Shown here: piece after piece, positions 15,721 to 25,319 of the stretch
Numbering within the stretch: position 1 is the stretch's first letter
How the letters are laid out: each line of letters begins with the position of its first letter
NCBI RefSeq assembly: GCF_013177435.1
Contig: NZ_CP053627.1
Coordinates: forward strand, 2,010,001-2,042,000
Direction: 5' to 3'
Origin: Xylella taiwanensis
GTDB taxonomy: Bacteria > Pseudomonadota > Gammaproteobacteria > Xanthomonadales > Xanthomonadaceae
DNA: 32,000 nucleotides
The notes under the pieces: generated by a model
Told to the model about the DNA's origin: nothing
Seen by the model: the letters and a program-made list of their open reading frames with translations, nothing else
The model's database searches: none
Position numbers and translations under genes: made by a program

Positions 15721-16260
15721 TCAGTGCAAAACACGTTTCGCACCGGTGTAACGATCCCTCCAGTAAGGGGTATCAAGGCGATCCAAACGCACGGTGCCAC
15801 CACTGCTAGGCGCATGTACGAAGCGGCCTTCACTGAGATAGATGCCAACGTGAGTGACACTGCGACCACTCCCAAAGAACACCAAATCACCAGTGGCCAG
15901 TTGTTCAGTATCGATCTTGGGGCCCTGTACTGCCGCCAGTTCGTAGGAAGTCCGTGGTAACCGCAGGTCGAGCACATCTCGGTATACGTAGCTGACTAAA
16001 CCGCTGCAATCGAATCCACCCTCCGGGGTGTTGCCACCAAAGCGGTACGGAGTACCCACCAAGCTTAAGGCGCGCATCACGACTTCATTGGCTGCATCCG
16101 GATTAGCTGGGATTGTGAGGGGCCATACTTTGACTGGAGCGGGTTGACGCTCAGTTTTGACCGGCACGCGACTGCAACCCACCAGCATGGCTGAGAAGGT
16201 CAGGACGATCGAACCGATGGCCCGCTTCCACGAAACGGTGAGAACTGGCTTGTTACACAT
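15721..16260 (-). CDS. NlpC/P60 (C40) family lipoprotein
   Basis: Lipobox (FSAMLVGC) after the ATG at 16260. Catalytic core GTPYRFGGNTPEGGFDCSGLVSYVY ... GDLVFFGSGRSVTHVGIYLSEGRFVHAP. It is a paralogue of the neighbouring gene. Confidence 0.88.
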   Translation of the reverse strand: MCNKPVLTVSWKRAIGSIVLTFSAMLVGCSRVPVKTERQPAPVKVWPLTIPANPDAANEVVMRALSLVGTPYRFGGNTPEGGFDCSGLVSYVYRDVLDLRLPRTSYELAAVQGPKIDTEQLATGDLVFFGSGRSVTHVGIYLSEGRFVHAPSSGGTVRLDRLDTPYWRDRYTGAKRVLH

Positions 16261-16375
16261 GGAGCCAGGATAATCGCACGTATTCGAGTGTCCACCATCA
16301 TCAAGGTGCACACCGCCGTGGACAAGCCATCCCTAACATGGCTGCCACCGTACAGTCCCGTCAACGAGTTTAGAC

Positions 16376-16855
16376 ATGAAGATCGAAAAAGACCGCGTTG
16401 TCCGCTTTCACTACACTGTTTCCGAGGTCGGTCAAGCGCCGATCGAAAGCTCCAAGGAACGCGAGCCGTTAGCAATCCTCATTGGTCACGGCAACATCAT
16501 TCCGGGATTGGAGAACGCGATGCTGGACAAACACGCTGGGGACAGTTTCAGCGTTGACGTCAAGGCCGCCGATGCCTACGGCGAGCATCGCGAAGGGCTG
16601 ATCCAAAGGATACCGAAGAAGAAATTTGGAAATACCCGTGTCGTCTCAGGCATGCAGGTTGTGTTGCAAACCAACACCGGCGCACAAGCGGTCACTGTGC
16701 AGAAAGTTGGAATGACCGTAGTCGATGTCGATTTGAATCACCCGATGGCCGGCAAGGATCTGCACTTCGACGTGGAGATCATTGGGGTGCGCGAGGCGAC
16801 TCAGGAAGAAATTGAGCACGGCCACGTGCACGGCAACGGTGGCCACCAGCACTGA
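16376..16855 (+). CDS. slyD: FKBP-type peptidyl-prolyl cis-trans isomerase SlyD
   Basis: MKIEKDRVVRFHYTVSEV..., an IF-domain insertion, LNHPMAGKDLHFDVEIIGVREAT, and a His-rich tail (EHGHVHGNGGHQH). Confidence 0.88.
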   Translation: MKIEKDRVVRFHYTVSEVGQAPIESSKEREPLAILIGHGNIIPGLENAMLDKHAGDSFSVDVKAADAYGEHREGLIQRIPKKKFGNTRVVSGMQVVLQTNTGAQAVTVQKVGMTVVDVDLNHPMAGKDLHFDVEIIGVREATQEEIEHGHVHGNGGHQH

Positions 16856-16932
16856 CGCTTAGCGTATACAGCCTTCTGCAGCTTATCCGCCTTGGCGCTC
16901 CATCCCAAGGCGCCACGTCATCAGGATTGTGT

Positions 16933-18186
16933 ATGTCCGCTGCCATGTCCCCGCTGCATCCCATGACCCAGAACGAACGCATCGCCATACTCGACATACT
17001 GCGTGGCTGTGCGTTGCTGGGAATTTTGCTCATGAACATCGAATGTTTCGTGGGACCGATCGATGTCGGTATCACCGGTATCGATCCGCAGTTGACCGGA
17101 GCTGACCGCTTCAGCGACGCACTAATCTACGTACTGGTCCAAGGTAAGTTCTACACGCTGTTCTCACTCCTGTTCGGCATGGGGTTTGCAGTGATGAACA
17201 AGCGCGCTACGGACGCCGGTCACGCATTCATGCCGTTCTACTTACGACGCAGCTTAGGATTGTTGGCGATTGGACTCATCCACGCGGTATTGATCTGGTC
17301 CGGGGACATCTTGGTGCTGTACGCACTCATGGCGTTGCCGCTGTTCATGTCACGCACGTTACCCACCTCAGCATTGCCGCTCACCGGAGTGTTGCTCTAT
17401 CTGGTGCCTGCGGTACTGGTGGCGGCGTGCATCCTGTTTCATTTCATGATCATGGCAAGTCCCGAGAACGCAATGAACAGGGAATGGCAAACAGCCTCGG
17501 TGCAGATCGGCACCGAAGCAGCACAAGCCATACACGAACAGCGCCAAGCCTACGGTGCTGGCACCTATGCTCAGGCCACCGCACAGCGCTTACACGATTT
17601 ACAAAATCGCCTGGAAGTACTCATCATCAACGGCACGCATGTATTAGGCATGTTTGTGTTGGGTACTTGGTTTGTACGCAGCGGTGCGATTCTGCAACCA
17701 GAACGGTATACGCGTTTGTTCGCTTGGCTGCGTTGGGGTGCTTGGCCATTAGGATTAACGGCAATGCTGCTCAGCGTGCATCTAGCCTCTTGGCAGGATC
17801 CGAGCCGGATCGACGTGCAGGCATCCAGTGCATATGTGTTGAGCGTGATCGCTGACTTGTTGATGTGCCTGGGTTACCTGGCTTGGGGGATACGCGCCGC
17901 ATTTGCTTTGACTTGGGCCGCACCAGCCGGGCGCATGGCGTTGAGCAATTACTTGCTACAGTCCGTGGTCTGTACCCTGATCTTTTATGGTTATGGTCTG
18001 GGCTTGTTTGAGCGCTTGCCGCGGGTGTGGCAGCTCCCATTTGCAATTGTGCTGTTCATCTTTCAGGTCGCATTGAGCCAGTGGTGGCTACAACGCTTTC
18101 GCTTCGGTCCGTGTGAATGGCTGTGGCGCAGCTTTACCTACCTGCACTGGGCACCGTTACGCACGGTCGCCACGACTAGACACTGA
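16933..18186 (+). CDS. DUF418-family (YeiB-like) membrane protein
   Basis: About 417 aa and multi-pass. N-terminal motif RIAILDILRGCALLGILLMNI. C-terminal FRFGPCEWLWRSFTY is typical of DUF418 proteins. Confidence 0.75.
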   Translation: MSAAMSPLHPMTQNERIAILDILRGCALLGILLMNIECFVGPIDVGITGIDPQLTGADRFSDALIYVLVQGKFYTLFSLLFGMGFAVMNKRATDAGHAFMPFYLRRSLGLLAIGLIHAVLIWSGDILVLYALMALPLFMSRTLPTSALPLTGVLLYLVPAVLVAACILFHFMIMASPENAMNREWQTASVQIGTEAAQAIHEQRQAYGAGTYAQATAQRLHDLQNRLEVLIINGTHVLGMFVLGTWFVRSGAILQPERYTRLFAWLRWGAWPLGLTAMLLSVHLASWQDPSRIDVQASSAYVLSVIADLLMCLGYLAWGIRAAFALTWAAPAGRMALSNYLLQSVVCTLIFYGYGLGLFERLPRVWQLPFAIVLFIFQVALSQWWLQRFRFGPCEWLWRSFTYLHWAPLRTVATTRH

Positions 18187-18332
18187 ATGACAATACCACC
18201 TGGCTTCTCTTTGATCATTGAGATCATCCGATGCCCCGCCAGCGGATGCGTTCCATGCAGATGTCTGTAAGCAGACTATCATCCAGGTCATGCAGAACAT
18301 TGGATACAACTTTCAAACAGCGCTTGGCACCG

Positions 18333-18364
18333 ATGGTTAGATGGTTAGATGGTTAGATGGTTAG
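18333..18364. repeat. Octanucleotide tandem repeat (atggttag) x4
   Basis: Read directly: atggttag atggttag atggttag atggttag, in an intergenic position. Confidence 0.95.
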
Positions 18365-18549
18365 AAACCCCAAGCTTAAGTGCATACCCGCACTGCATTG
18401 ACATAGAGATAGCCGATATTACTGTGCGCTATCGCTAGGTAAACAAATGCCAAGCCAGCCAAGGATGAGTCGCTCGCTTTCATTCAAACAGCACGCAATC
18501 CACACGCTGGAATGGAAACATCGGCTGTACTAAGGAGGAAAAGGATGTC

Positions 18550-19134
18550 TCACGCAACACAACAGAACATGCGATGGATCGCACGTCCTTGGTGAAGGGG
18601 TGGTGCTTGGTGTTCCTCCCACCACGGGATGTGCCGAGATAGCCAGCGAACCGTTTTTTGAGGTGTACCAGTACTCTCCGGAGGAACCTTCACACGCATA
18701 CTGTCCAGCAACATAGTTTGGCTATCGATCTGTACGACCTGTGCTTGCTGGAGTGGCTCGAAGGGTTGATTCAGCACGGCTGGCTTCACCCATCGGTTCA
18801 TGCCTGTATAGATCGTCTGCCAGTGGTCAAAGCGCTTAGGCAAGTCACCCCATGTACAGTCGTACTCAGCAAGGTACAGGATGGCGTCGAGCACCTGTAG
18901 ATGCGTCGGACTGACGTTACCGCATTGCTTCAGCAGAATGTCTAAAAAACAGTGTTCGACCTGCACTGCGATCTCCAGACGCTCACTACCGCAGGGGCAT
19001 TGCTTCGGCACCATCAGTGTTAACAGGCCGTGGTCCACCAACACTTGGTCAAGACAATAGCCTGACTTGGCAATCAGGTTTACATAGATCGCGACCAAGC
19101 AGCACTTTCGGTTAAACACGTAGTGCCGATACAC
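18550..19134 (-). mobile_element. IS5-family transposase remnant (N-terminal half, degenerate)
   Basis: DAILYLAEYDCTWGDLPKRFDHWQTIYTGMNRWVKPAV ... DSMRVKVPPESTGTPQKTVRWLSRHIPWW matches the IS5/IS1182-type pattern (ILyvlrTGcpWrDLPerFGpWqTvYxRFnRW ... DSTxvka). The DDE C-terminal half is missing. Confidence 0.65.
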
Positions 19135-19647
19135 CGACCGACACCGTCACTGTATCGATACAGCAACATAGCGGCACCACTATTCCGAGCATATTTTTGT
19201 TATACAGTTCCGTGTACAGCATGTTGCAACATCCCGCTATATAGAGGCGTACGCGCCACCCCGTGCTCCGAAGTTACTTTGACCTATCGTCACCAAGGAC
19301 CTACCGCTCACCAACGCCATCATTTCTCCGCTATACGGCGATTCCATAGCAGGCCAGGTTGCTGTCCCTGCCAAGTATGCACATCTGCACAAGCTAATAC
19401 GGCAGCGACGCTATGCATTACCAGAAAACTAGAAACTGAAACGCACCCTCTATGTGTAACGTGCTCCGACAAGCGCAACACCACCTCTACGGAAGGAACC
19501 GACTGGTACGAACAGTACGTTAATAGACAACGGGGAAAGCACCGCCTGACCCGCTATCCAGCATCTGCTGGCAATTTAAATACCACGATGTTGGGCGCTT
19601 CATAACAGGCTAGTTATGATGGCGGCAATTTCTGGGGGGAACCTTCT

Positions 19648-20310
19648 ATGTTTGCGAGATTACCTACCGTCACCAAAGGTCTACTGCTCACCAACGTCGT
19701 CATTTTCCTATTGCAACTGATGTTGGGCAAAAACACCTTCGCAGCGCTGATGCTGTGGCCGCTGGACGGTGATAGCTTCGACGCATTTGCACTAGGTTCC
19801 AGCTTCATGCCTTGGCAGCTGCTGACCTACGGATTTCTGCATGGCGGTTTCGAGCACCTGTTCTTCAACATGCTCGCAATATTCATGTTCGGTGCCCCAC
19901 TGGAGCAAACCTGGGGTGAGAAGCGTTTTTTGACTTATTACTTGGTGTGTGTCGCCGGTGCTGGTGTATGCCAGCTATCGGTCAGTTGGCTGCTGGACAG
20001 CGGTGCAGCAGTGCTTGGTGCTTCCGGCGGCGTGTTCGGTTTATTGATGGCCTACGGGATGCTGTTTCCGAACCAGCGCATCTTGCTGCTTTTTCCGCCG
20101 ATTCCCATGAAAGCAAGGACCTTTGTGGTGTTGTTCGGTGTCATTGAACTGCTGATGGGCATCACCGGTTCGCAACCCAACGTGGCACATTTCGTACATC
20201 TAGGCGGCATGCTGTTTGGCTGGTTACTGATCCGTTACTGGCGTGGGCAGCCCCCGTTCGGCGGTAGTGGGCGTAAACCCAAGCCACCCTATCTCCGTCG
20301 GGTGCAATGA
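19648..20310 (+). CDS. Rhomboid-family intramembrane serine protease
   Basis: 220 aa with about 6 TM segments. Motifs are HGGFEHLFFNMLAIFMFG, GASGGVFGLLMAYG (the GxSG catalytic Ser) and AHFVHLGGMLFGWL (the catalytic His). Confidence 0.9.
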   Translation: MFARLPTVTKGLLLTNVVIFLLQLMLGKNTFAALMLWPLDGDSFDAFALGSSFMPWQLLTYGFLHGGFEHLFFNMLAIFMFGAPLEQTWGEKRFLTYYLVCVAGAGVCQLSVSWLLDSGAAVLGASGGVFGLLMAYGMLFPNQRILLLFPPIPMKARTFVVLFGVIELLMGITGSQPNVAHFVHLGGMLFGWLLIRYWRGQPPFGGSGRKPKPPYLRRVQ

Positions 20311-20489
20311 TCATGAATGAGCAGAAAGTACGTTGCATTGCGGCTCCAGCTGGGTAGAGTATTGTGATCCACATGCACGCTGGGTGACGCCCAACTGACG
20401 TCACAACTCGCCTATTGATTCGGCGGCGGGTCTTCGACTTCCAGCACCGCTATCAACGTTGCTGAATGCAATAAGCTGTCGCGGATGGT

Positions 20490-21135
20490 CTCTGGCATAG
20501 GCTCAATGCCAGACGCGATCTAGTCTGTATCCGCACGTGACCCATCTGCCTACCCAAGCGGTGCAGAAGGCTTACTGACTGGTTTGGCCACTGGCAGACG
20601 ATCTACACACGTATCAACAGATGGGCGAAGCCGGGCGTGCAGCTCGAGAGCCCGGCTGTGTCGCTGAACAGTATGAGTGTGAAGGTCCCTCCGGAGGGTA
20701 CTGGTACACCTCAAAAAACGGTTCGCTGGCTATCTCGGCACATCCCGTGATGGGTGGAACACCAAGCATCCCCTTCCCGCAACAGAAACGCACGCCACTA
20801 CATTCCATTTATCGTCCGGACAAACACTCGATGCGCCGCAGGTGACAAATGGCTCAAGCGGTTCGAATCACCGAATCGTCCATTGCACGTACTGATGGAA
20901 TGCCTCTATGCAGGCCACCAAGCCCACCCGGCTAGTGCTTGACTTGAGCTGCATCCCTGTCATGCCGCCGCTACGTACGCGCATTGAGCCTTGGGAATAA
21001 GCACAGCACCGTGATGAAGTCGAGCGTCTGTTGCACACACTCAAAGGTTATCGCCGTATTTGCTCCAGATACGAGAAGCACGATGTCATGCTTATTGTCT
21101 TTGATCTGCTTGGCTCTGATAACGGATGGCCTGGG
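20490..21135 (+). mobile_element. IS5-family transposase remnant (residues ~60 to the C-terminus, with multiple frameshifts and stops)
   Basis: Pieced across frames: DAI*SV..., LPKRC..FGHWQTIYTRINRWAKPGV, MSVKVPPEGTGTPQKTVRWLSRHIP*, GGTPSIPFPQQKRTPLHSIYRPDKH, and ...LHTLKGYRRICSRYEKHDVMLIVFDLLG (the YRRIATRYEK-type C-terminus). It is inverted relative to the 18550-19134 copy. Confidence 0.65.
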
Positions 21136-21208
21136 ATGGTGTTGACAGCCTTTCATCCACTGATCGGCGATGCGTGCACCGTAGACGCCGTAGCACGCAG
21201 CAGTGCTG

Positions 21209-22017
21209 TTACCACCTTGGGAACCACGGTGCTGGCAACACCGCGGTAGTCACGATGAGGAGGTGATGGATCACGTCATCGGGTAAGAGAGATTGCTGCA
21301 GCAATATCGCCCTTATCAATGCGCTTCCTGGACAGCGTTGACGACACTCGCTAGCGCCATTTTGATTCGCAACACGGAAGCAGCCTCGGCTGCGAGGCAA
21401 TCGCTGCAAGTACGAGTCAACGTGAGCATCTGCTTCACGTAGTGACGCCCCTCACATCCGTGTAAGTGCAACGGTGTCGGCATCGGTACGGGTGTAAACC
21501 CGGGATCGGGCAGGCCCAACCACCCTGCATGTTCAATTCGATATCAGCACCACAGTGGCATGTCACCAGGATTCCAGTGTGGTGCAACGCCGTGATCACC
21601 GTGGAGACATCCTTGGATGTCTAGATTGCGTCGCTACGTGAGATCGACGGTAGGATCAGTGCGATGCCGCCCGCCTCCACTGCAACATCGTCCAGCCCGC
21701 TGGACTAGAAGTCACCAAGCAACGTCTGGATACTGTTTTGTGGCACTTGCATCCGCCGTGTCCAGCAATCCGCGCTGTTGCTGTCAAACACGATCAGACA
21801 GTTCACCTAACACCGTGATTGCACCGATGTGTGGTACCGGATGGTTCTTTAGACACGCAGCATTGACGAAACTGTAAAAATTACTGCAAGCCACAGCGAT
21901 TGAAGAGGCTTGGGTCTTAGACAATTTTTTACGCGCCACATCAACATAGGGAGCGGACAACAGAGCAGCCAAAGCCAAACCCGAGGCAGCGTATTGCCAA
22001 CATCCCAAAGTGACCAA
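21209..22017 (-). pseudogene. M13-family (PepO/endothelin-converting-enzyme-like) metallopeptidase, N-terminal remnant
   Basis: SNFYSFVNAACLKNHPVP matches (D)FYxYVNGxWLKxxxIP. Further matches in shifted frames are LLGDF*SSGLDDVAVEAGGIALILP, DAI*TSKDVSTVITALHHTGI and QGG..LGLPDPG..YVKQMLTL. In-frame TAGs lie at 21705-21707 and 21621-21623. The zincin HExxH part is absent, and the gene ends at the IS5 remnant. Confidence 0.55.
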
Positions 22018-22510
22018 GAAGCAGAAGCACTGCGGGGGTGTAATAACCCAGATCTATGCCTGGATTGACATGACGTCATGCCTATGAGGAAGCATGGAGT
22101 CATGCAATCTGACGCCAATGGCTTATCAATTGGCATCGTTGGGTCGCTCATCCTCACTGAAGCATTCTCGAATCAAAAGCGCTCCAACGGATTTAATTAA
22201 AGGCGAGCCACGAGAATAAACATCCCTAAGTTTTTTCCCTATGTGTATTCGTTAATGCCTCCAGAAACACGGAAACACAGTGTCACTGCTGCTGGTACGA
22301 GGCCAATACATCTTTGGATTCGCGCAGCTGCCAGTCCTGCAAGCAAGGTAAAGTCTATCTTGCCCGGTGGCCCGCAGCGGTATTCAGAACACGCAATACA
22401 CTCCAATTGCAGTCTTTAAACGTAAAGCATTACGAACATTGCCAGTGGCGAGCTATCGACACATTAATCCACTGCATACCAATGGTTTAAAGCGACTTGA
22501 ATAGCACTCC

Positions 22511-23197
22511 CTAACCCGCTGGCGTCTTGTCCTTGTAGCGACATAGATCAGCAATCACACACTGTGGACAGTTCGGTTTGCGTGCCTTGCAAACGTAACG
22601 TCCGTGCAGAATCAACCAGTGATGTGCATCCTTCAGAAACTCCTGCGGGATGCACTTGAGCAGTGTGTCCTCAACGGCCCGCACGTTCTTGCCGAGTGCC
22701 AACCCAGTGCGGTTGGCGACACGGAAGATATGGGTGTCTACCGCCATGGTGGGTTGGCCAAAGGCCGTGTTGAGCACGACATTGGCCGTCTTACGCCCGA
22801 CACCGGGTAATGCTTCCAGCATGGCACGATCTTGTGGAACTTGACCGCCGTACTTCTCGACCAGGATCTGGCAAGTAGCAATCACGTTCCTGGCCTTGGC
22901 GTTAAACAGGCCAATCGTGGAGATAAAGCGCTTCAGGGCATCCTCGCCTAAGTCGAGCATTGCCTGCGGCGTGTTGGCAAGCGGATACAGCCGCCGCGTC
23001 GCCTTGTTCACCCCCACGTCGGTGGCTTGTGCAGACAGGATCACGGCAATCAACAGTTCGAATGGGGTGGTGTATTTCAGTTCGGTGGTTGGATGTGGAT
23101 TGATCTCTTGTAACCGCACAAATGCTTCCCGGATCTCGGCGGGGGTCATTGTGCTGCCACGACGAACAACAGGGTTGTCAGTCGGTCCAGTCATCAT
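22511..23197 (-). CDS. nth: Endonuclease III
   Basis: ELLIAVILSAQATDVGVNKAT, the HhH-GPD motif LPGVGRKTANVVLNTAFG, and the 4Fe-4S cluster loop CKARKPNCPQCVIADLC. Confidence 0.92.
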   Translation of the reverse strand: MMTGPTDNPVVRRGSTMTPAEIREAFVRLQEINPHPTTELKYTTPFELLIAVILSAQATDVGVNKATRRLYPLANTPQAMLDLGEDALKRFISTIGLFNAKARNVIATCQILVEKYGGQVPQDRAMLEALPGVGRKTANVVLNTAFGQPTMAVDTHIFRVANRTGLALGKNVRAVEDTLLKCIPQEFLKDAHHWLILHGRYVCKARKPNCPQCVIADLCRYKDKTPAG

Positions 23198-23565
23198 ATG
23201 TCGTGATGTCCGGCAGCCTTGGCCTTGGCCTTGGCACGGTTCAGGATCTCCGCGGCCAAAGGCGGTAGTGCGGAGGAGGTCCGCGTGAAGGACGCAGATG
23301 TAGGAGTAACACGACGCGTTTCACGTGCAGCAGCAATACGTTGTAACCGGACGGCGCGCGCGCGATGGCGTTCACGTGCCGCCCACGCCTGACGTAAACG
23401 TCTTTGCGCGGCGAGCAGCTGTGTGGGCAAGTCCGGATACATTGGATCAAGTGTTGTGTCGCCGGAAGCAGGCTCATACTCCATCAGCCCCAATGTCAGG
23501 GCCCGGTCCAGATCTTGGTCGAGCACGCAACGCAATAAGAGTATGGCAGGATGGTCGGTAGACAT
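23194..23565 (-). CDS. Hypothetical protein (123 aa), translationally coupled to nth
   Basis: The stop overlaps the nth start (ATGA at 23194-23197). It is Arg/Ala-rich with a C-terminal AKAKAKA. I recognise no motif. Confidence 0.45.
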   Translation of the reverse strand: MSTDHPAILLLRCVLDQDLDRALTLGLMEYEPASGDTTLDPMYPDLPTQLLAAQRRLRQAWAARERHRARAVRLQRIAAARETRRVTPTSASFTRTSSALPPLAAEILNRAKAKAKAAGHHDI

Positions 23566-24370
23566 TGCGCTCTCAAATAGATTGCCGAACTATACCGGGT
23601 CATGCTCCGGGAATATCCGGGGGCTCCCACATCATGTTCTCAATAACGAACAACAGGCTGAACTTGGTAAGCATTAAACTGCTTTCTTAAATCACGTCGA
23701 CCAAGCCCAAGCCCAAGCCCAAGGCATGCGGTGCATCGTTTGACTTGCCAAGTCAATACAGCCCCCACAGAACACGATGCCCATACAACGCAGTCAGTGC
23801 CCAGGGGCCGTCAACACCAGTAACCCATCCAAGCCTGATAACGACTGCCCTGACCGCAGGCACTCGCACGCGATGGCCGATCACCGCTGAAACCCGTCGC
23901 CCGAAATACATCTGTTCATCAAGGCGGTCATCGGCTTGAGCAGGGATACCCTGCAACAATCAAGCACAATACACGTCGGCAGAGCCGTTGCATTCACGTT
24001 CTTTAAACATCAAAAGAACATCCCTGCTCCGCGATGTTTGGACCCCACTTGGAACACTTGAAAACGAAGCCGCCGAACACTATCAAGCGTACCGTTAAGG
24101 TTCAAGGCGGCCATGATCACCATGTCTTGCGTTTTGAAGACATCGCAATGCAAGACGTTACGTTTATCTCACCCGCTCGCGGTAGAGACCCTACCTAACC
24201 ACAGCAATACCCGAAATCGATCCTGAGTGAACAAAAACCGGAACTTGTACCAACCATTGTCTGTCTTAAGCTAAGCATCGCAAGTGGCGGAACGCAATAT
24301 CGCCCGCTATTCTAGCGCCTCACTCAGGCGGAAGATCCGTCCTGTGCCACCATCATTTGGAGAATTTTTG

Positions 24371-25069
24371 ATGAAGTTGCGTCTGATCGCAGTCGCTGTT
24401 GCGACCCTGGCCCTGACGGGCAATGCATTGGCCCAGGACACCACGTCCGAAAAGGGCAAAGTAAGCTACTACTTGGGCTATCAACAAGGCAGCGGTTTAA
24501 ACGAGTTAACCGCGCGTGGAGAACAATTGGATATTAATTCCGTGGTCAAAGGTCTGGAGGACGGCTACAACAAGAAGCAACCGTCCGTTACTGTTGAACA
24601 GTTACGCCCAGCACTTGAGGCATTCCAAAAACGGGAACAGGCCCGCGCACAGCAGGCTAAAGCCGAGTACGAAAAAGCTGCCGCCGAGAACAAGACTAAA
24701 AGTGAGCAGTTCATGGCCAAAAACAAGAGCGCCCCAGGTGTAAAATTGCTTCCTAATGGCGTGCAATACAAGGTCATGGAAGCTGGCAAGGGTCCCAAAC
24801 CAACCCAGGCCAGTACCGTGCAGTTAGAAGTAAACGGCCCGTTCCCATGGGGCCAACGTCCACAGCAGCCGCACCCGTCACAGCAAATCCAAGCAATCAA
24901 GGTCAGTGCTGTTGACATCAGAGCCATGCGCGAAGCCCTGACGAATATGCCAGCTGGTTCGAAGTGGGAAATCACCCTGCCATATGACGCTTACGGTGCA
25001 GATCCACGTAACATGCTCCCGCCAAACGCCGCTGTTCAGTTTGAAGTCAAACTGGTGGGTGTCAAGTAA
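24371..25069 (+). CDS. Mip/FkpA-like periplasmic FKBP-domain protein with a divergent PPIase core
   Basis: GGAGAA SD and a signal peptide (MKLRLIAVAVATLALTGNALAQD). It has an FKBP_N-like helical dimerisation region. The C-terminal domain shows FKBP edges (GVQYKVMEAGKG..., ...PPNAAVQFEVKLVGVK). The ORF track opens at 24284. Confidence 0.7.
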   Translation: MKLRLIAVAVATLALTGNALAQDTTSEKGKVSYYLGYQQGSGLNELTARGEQLDINSVVKGLEDGYNKKQPSVTVEQLRPALEAFQKREQARAQQAKAEYEKAAAENKTKSEQFMAKNKSAPGVKLLPNGVQYKVMEAGKGPKPTQASTVQLEVNGPFPWGQRPQQPHPSQQIQAIKVSAVDIRAMREALTNMPAGSKWEITLPYDAYGADPRNMLPPNAAVQFEVKLVGVK

Positions 25070-25319
25070 GCACCGCCTCTTACACGCATGACGACGCCGG
25101 TTCCATGCAGAACCGACGCCGTCGTATGTAGCTCCAAGCCTTTACATCGCCACATCTTCATCTCCAGCTAAGATCATTGCCCCGTAAGGCAATGTTACTG
25201 CTGCCCAATCTTCTCAATCGGTTACATCGTTACACGGGTGTATGTTCGAAGGCATACCAATCAATATTGAGCAAAGGCTGCGGATATATTCTAAGAACAC
25301 GAGCCCTGGAGCAGCATAA

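Noticed and set aside
16889..16911. Hairpin gccttgg-N9-ccaaggc after slyD as a terminator.
   Set aside because: No T-tract follows it and the stem is short, so it is not convincing as an intrinsic terminator.
19123..19605. 160-aa plus-strand ORF between the IS5 remnant and the rhomboid gene.
   Set aside because: Its composition is odd (Cys/Thr/Arg/His-rich) and it has no motif. It reads through the out-of-frame ectopic copy of the rhomboid 5' end. It is most likely non-coding scar sequence.
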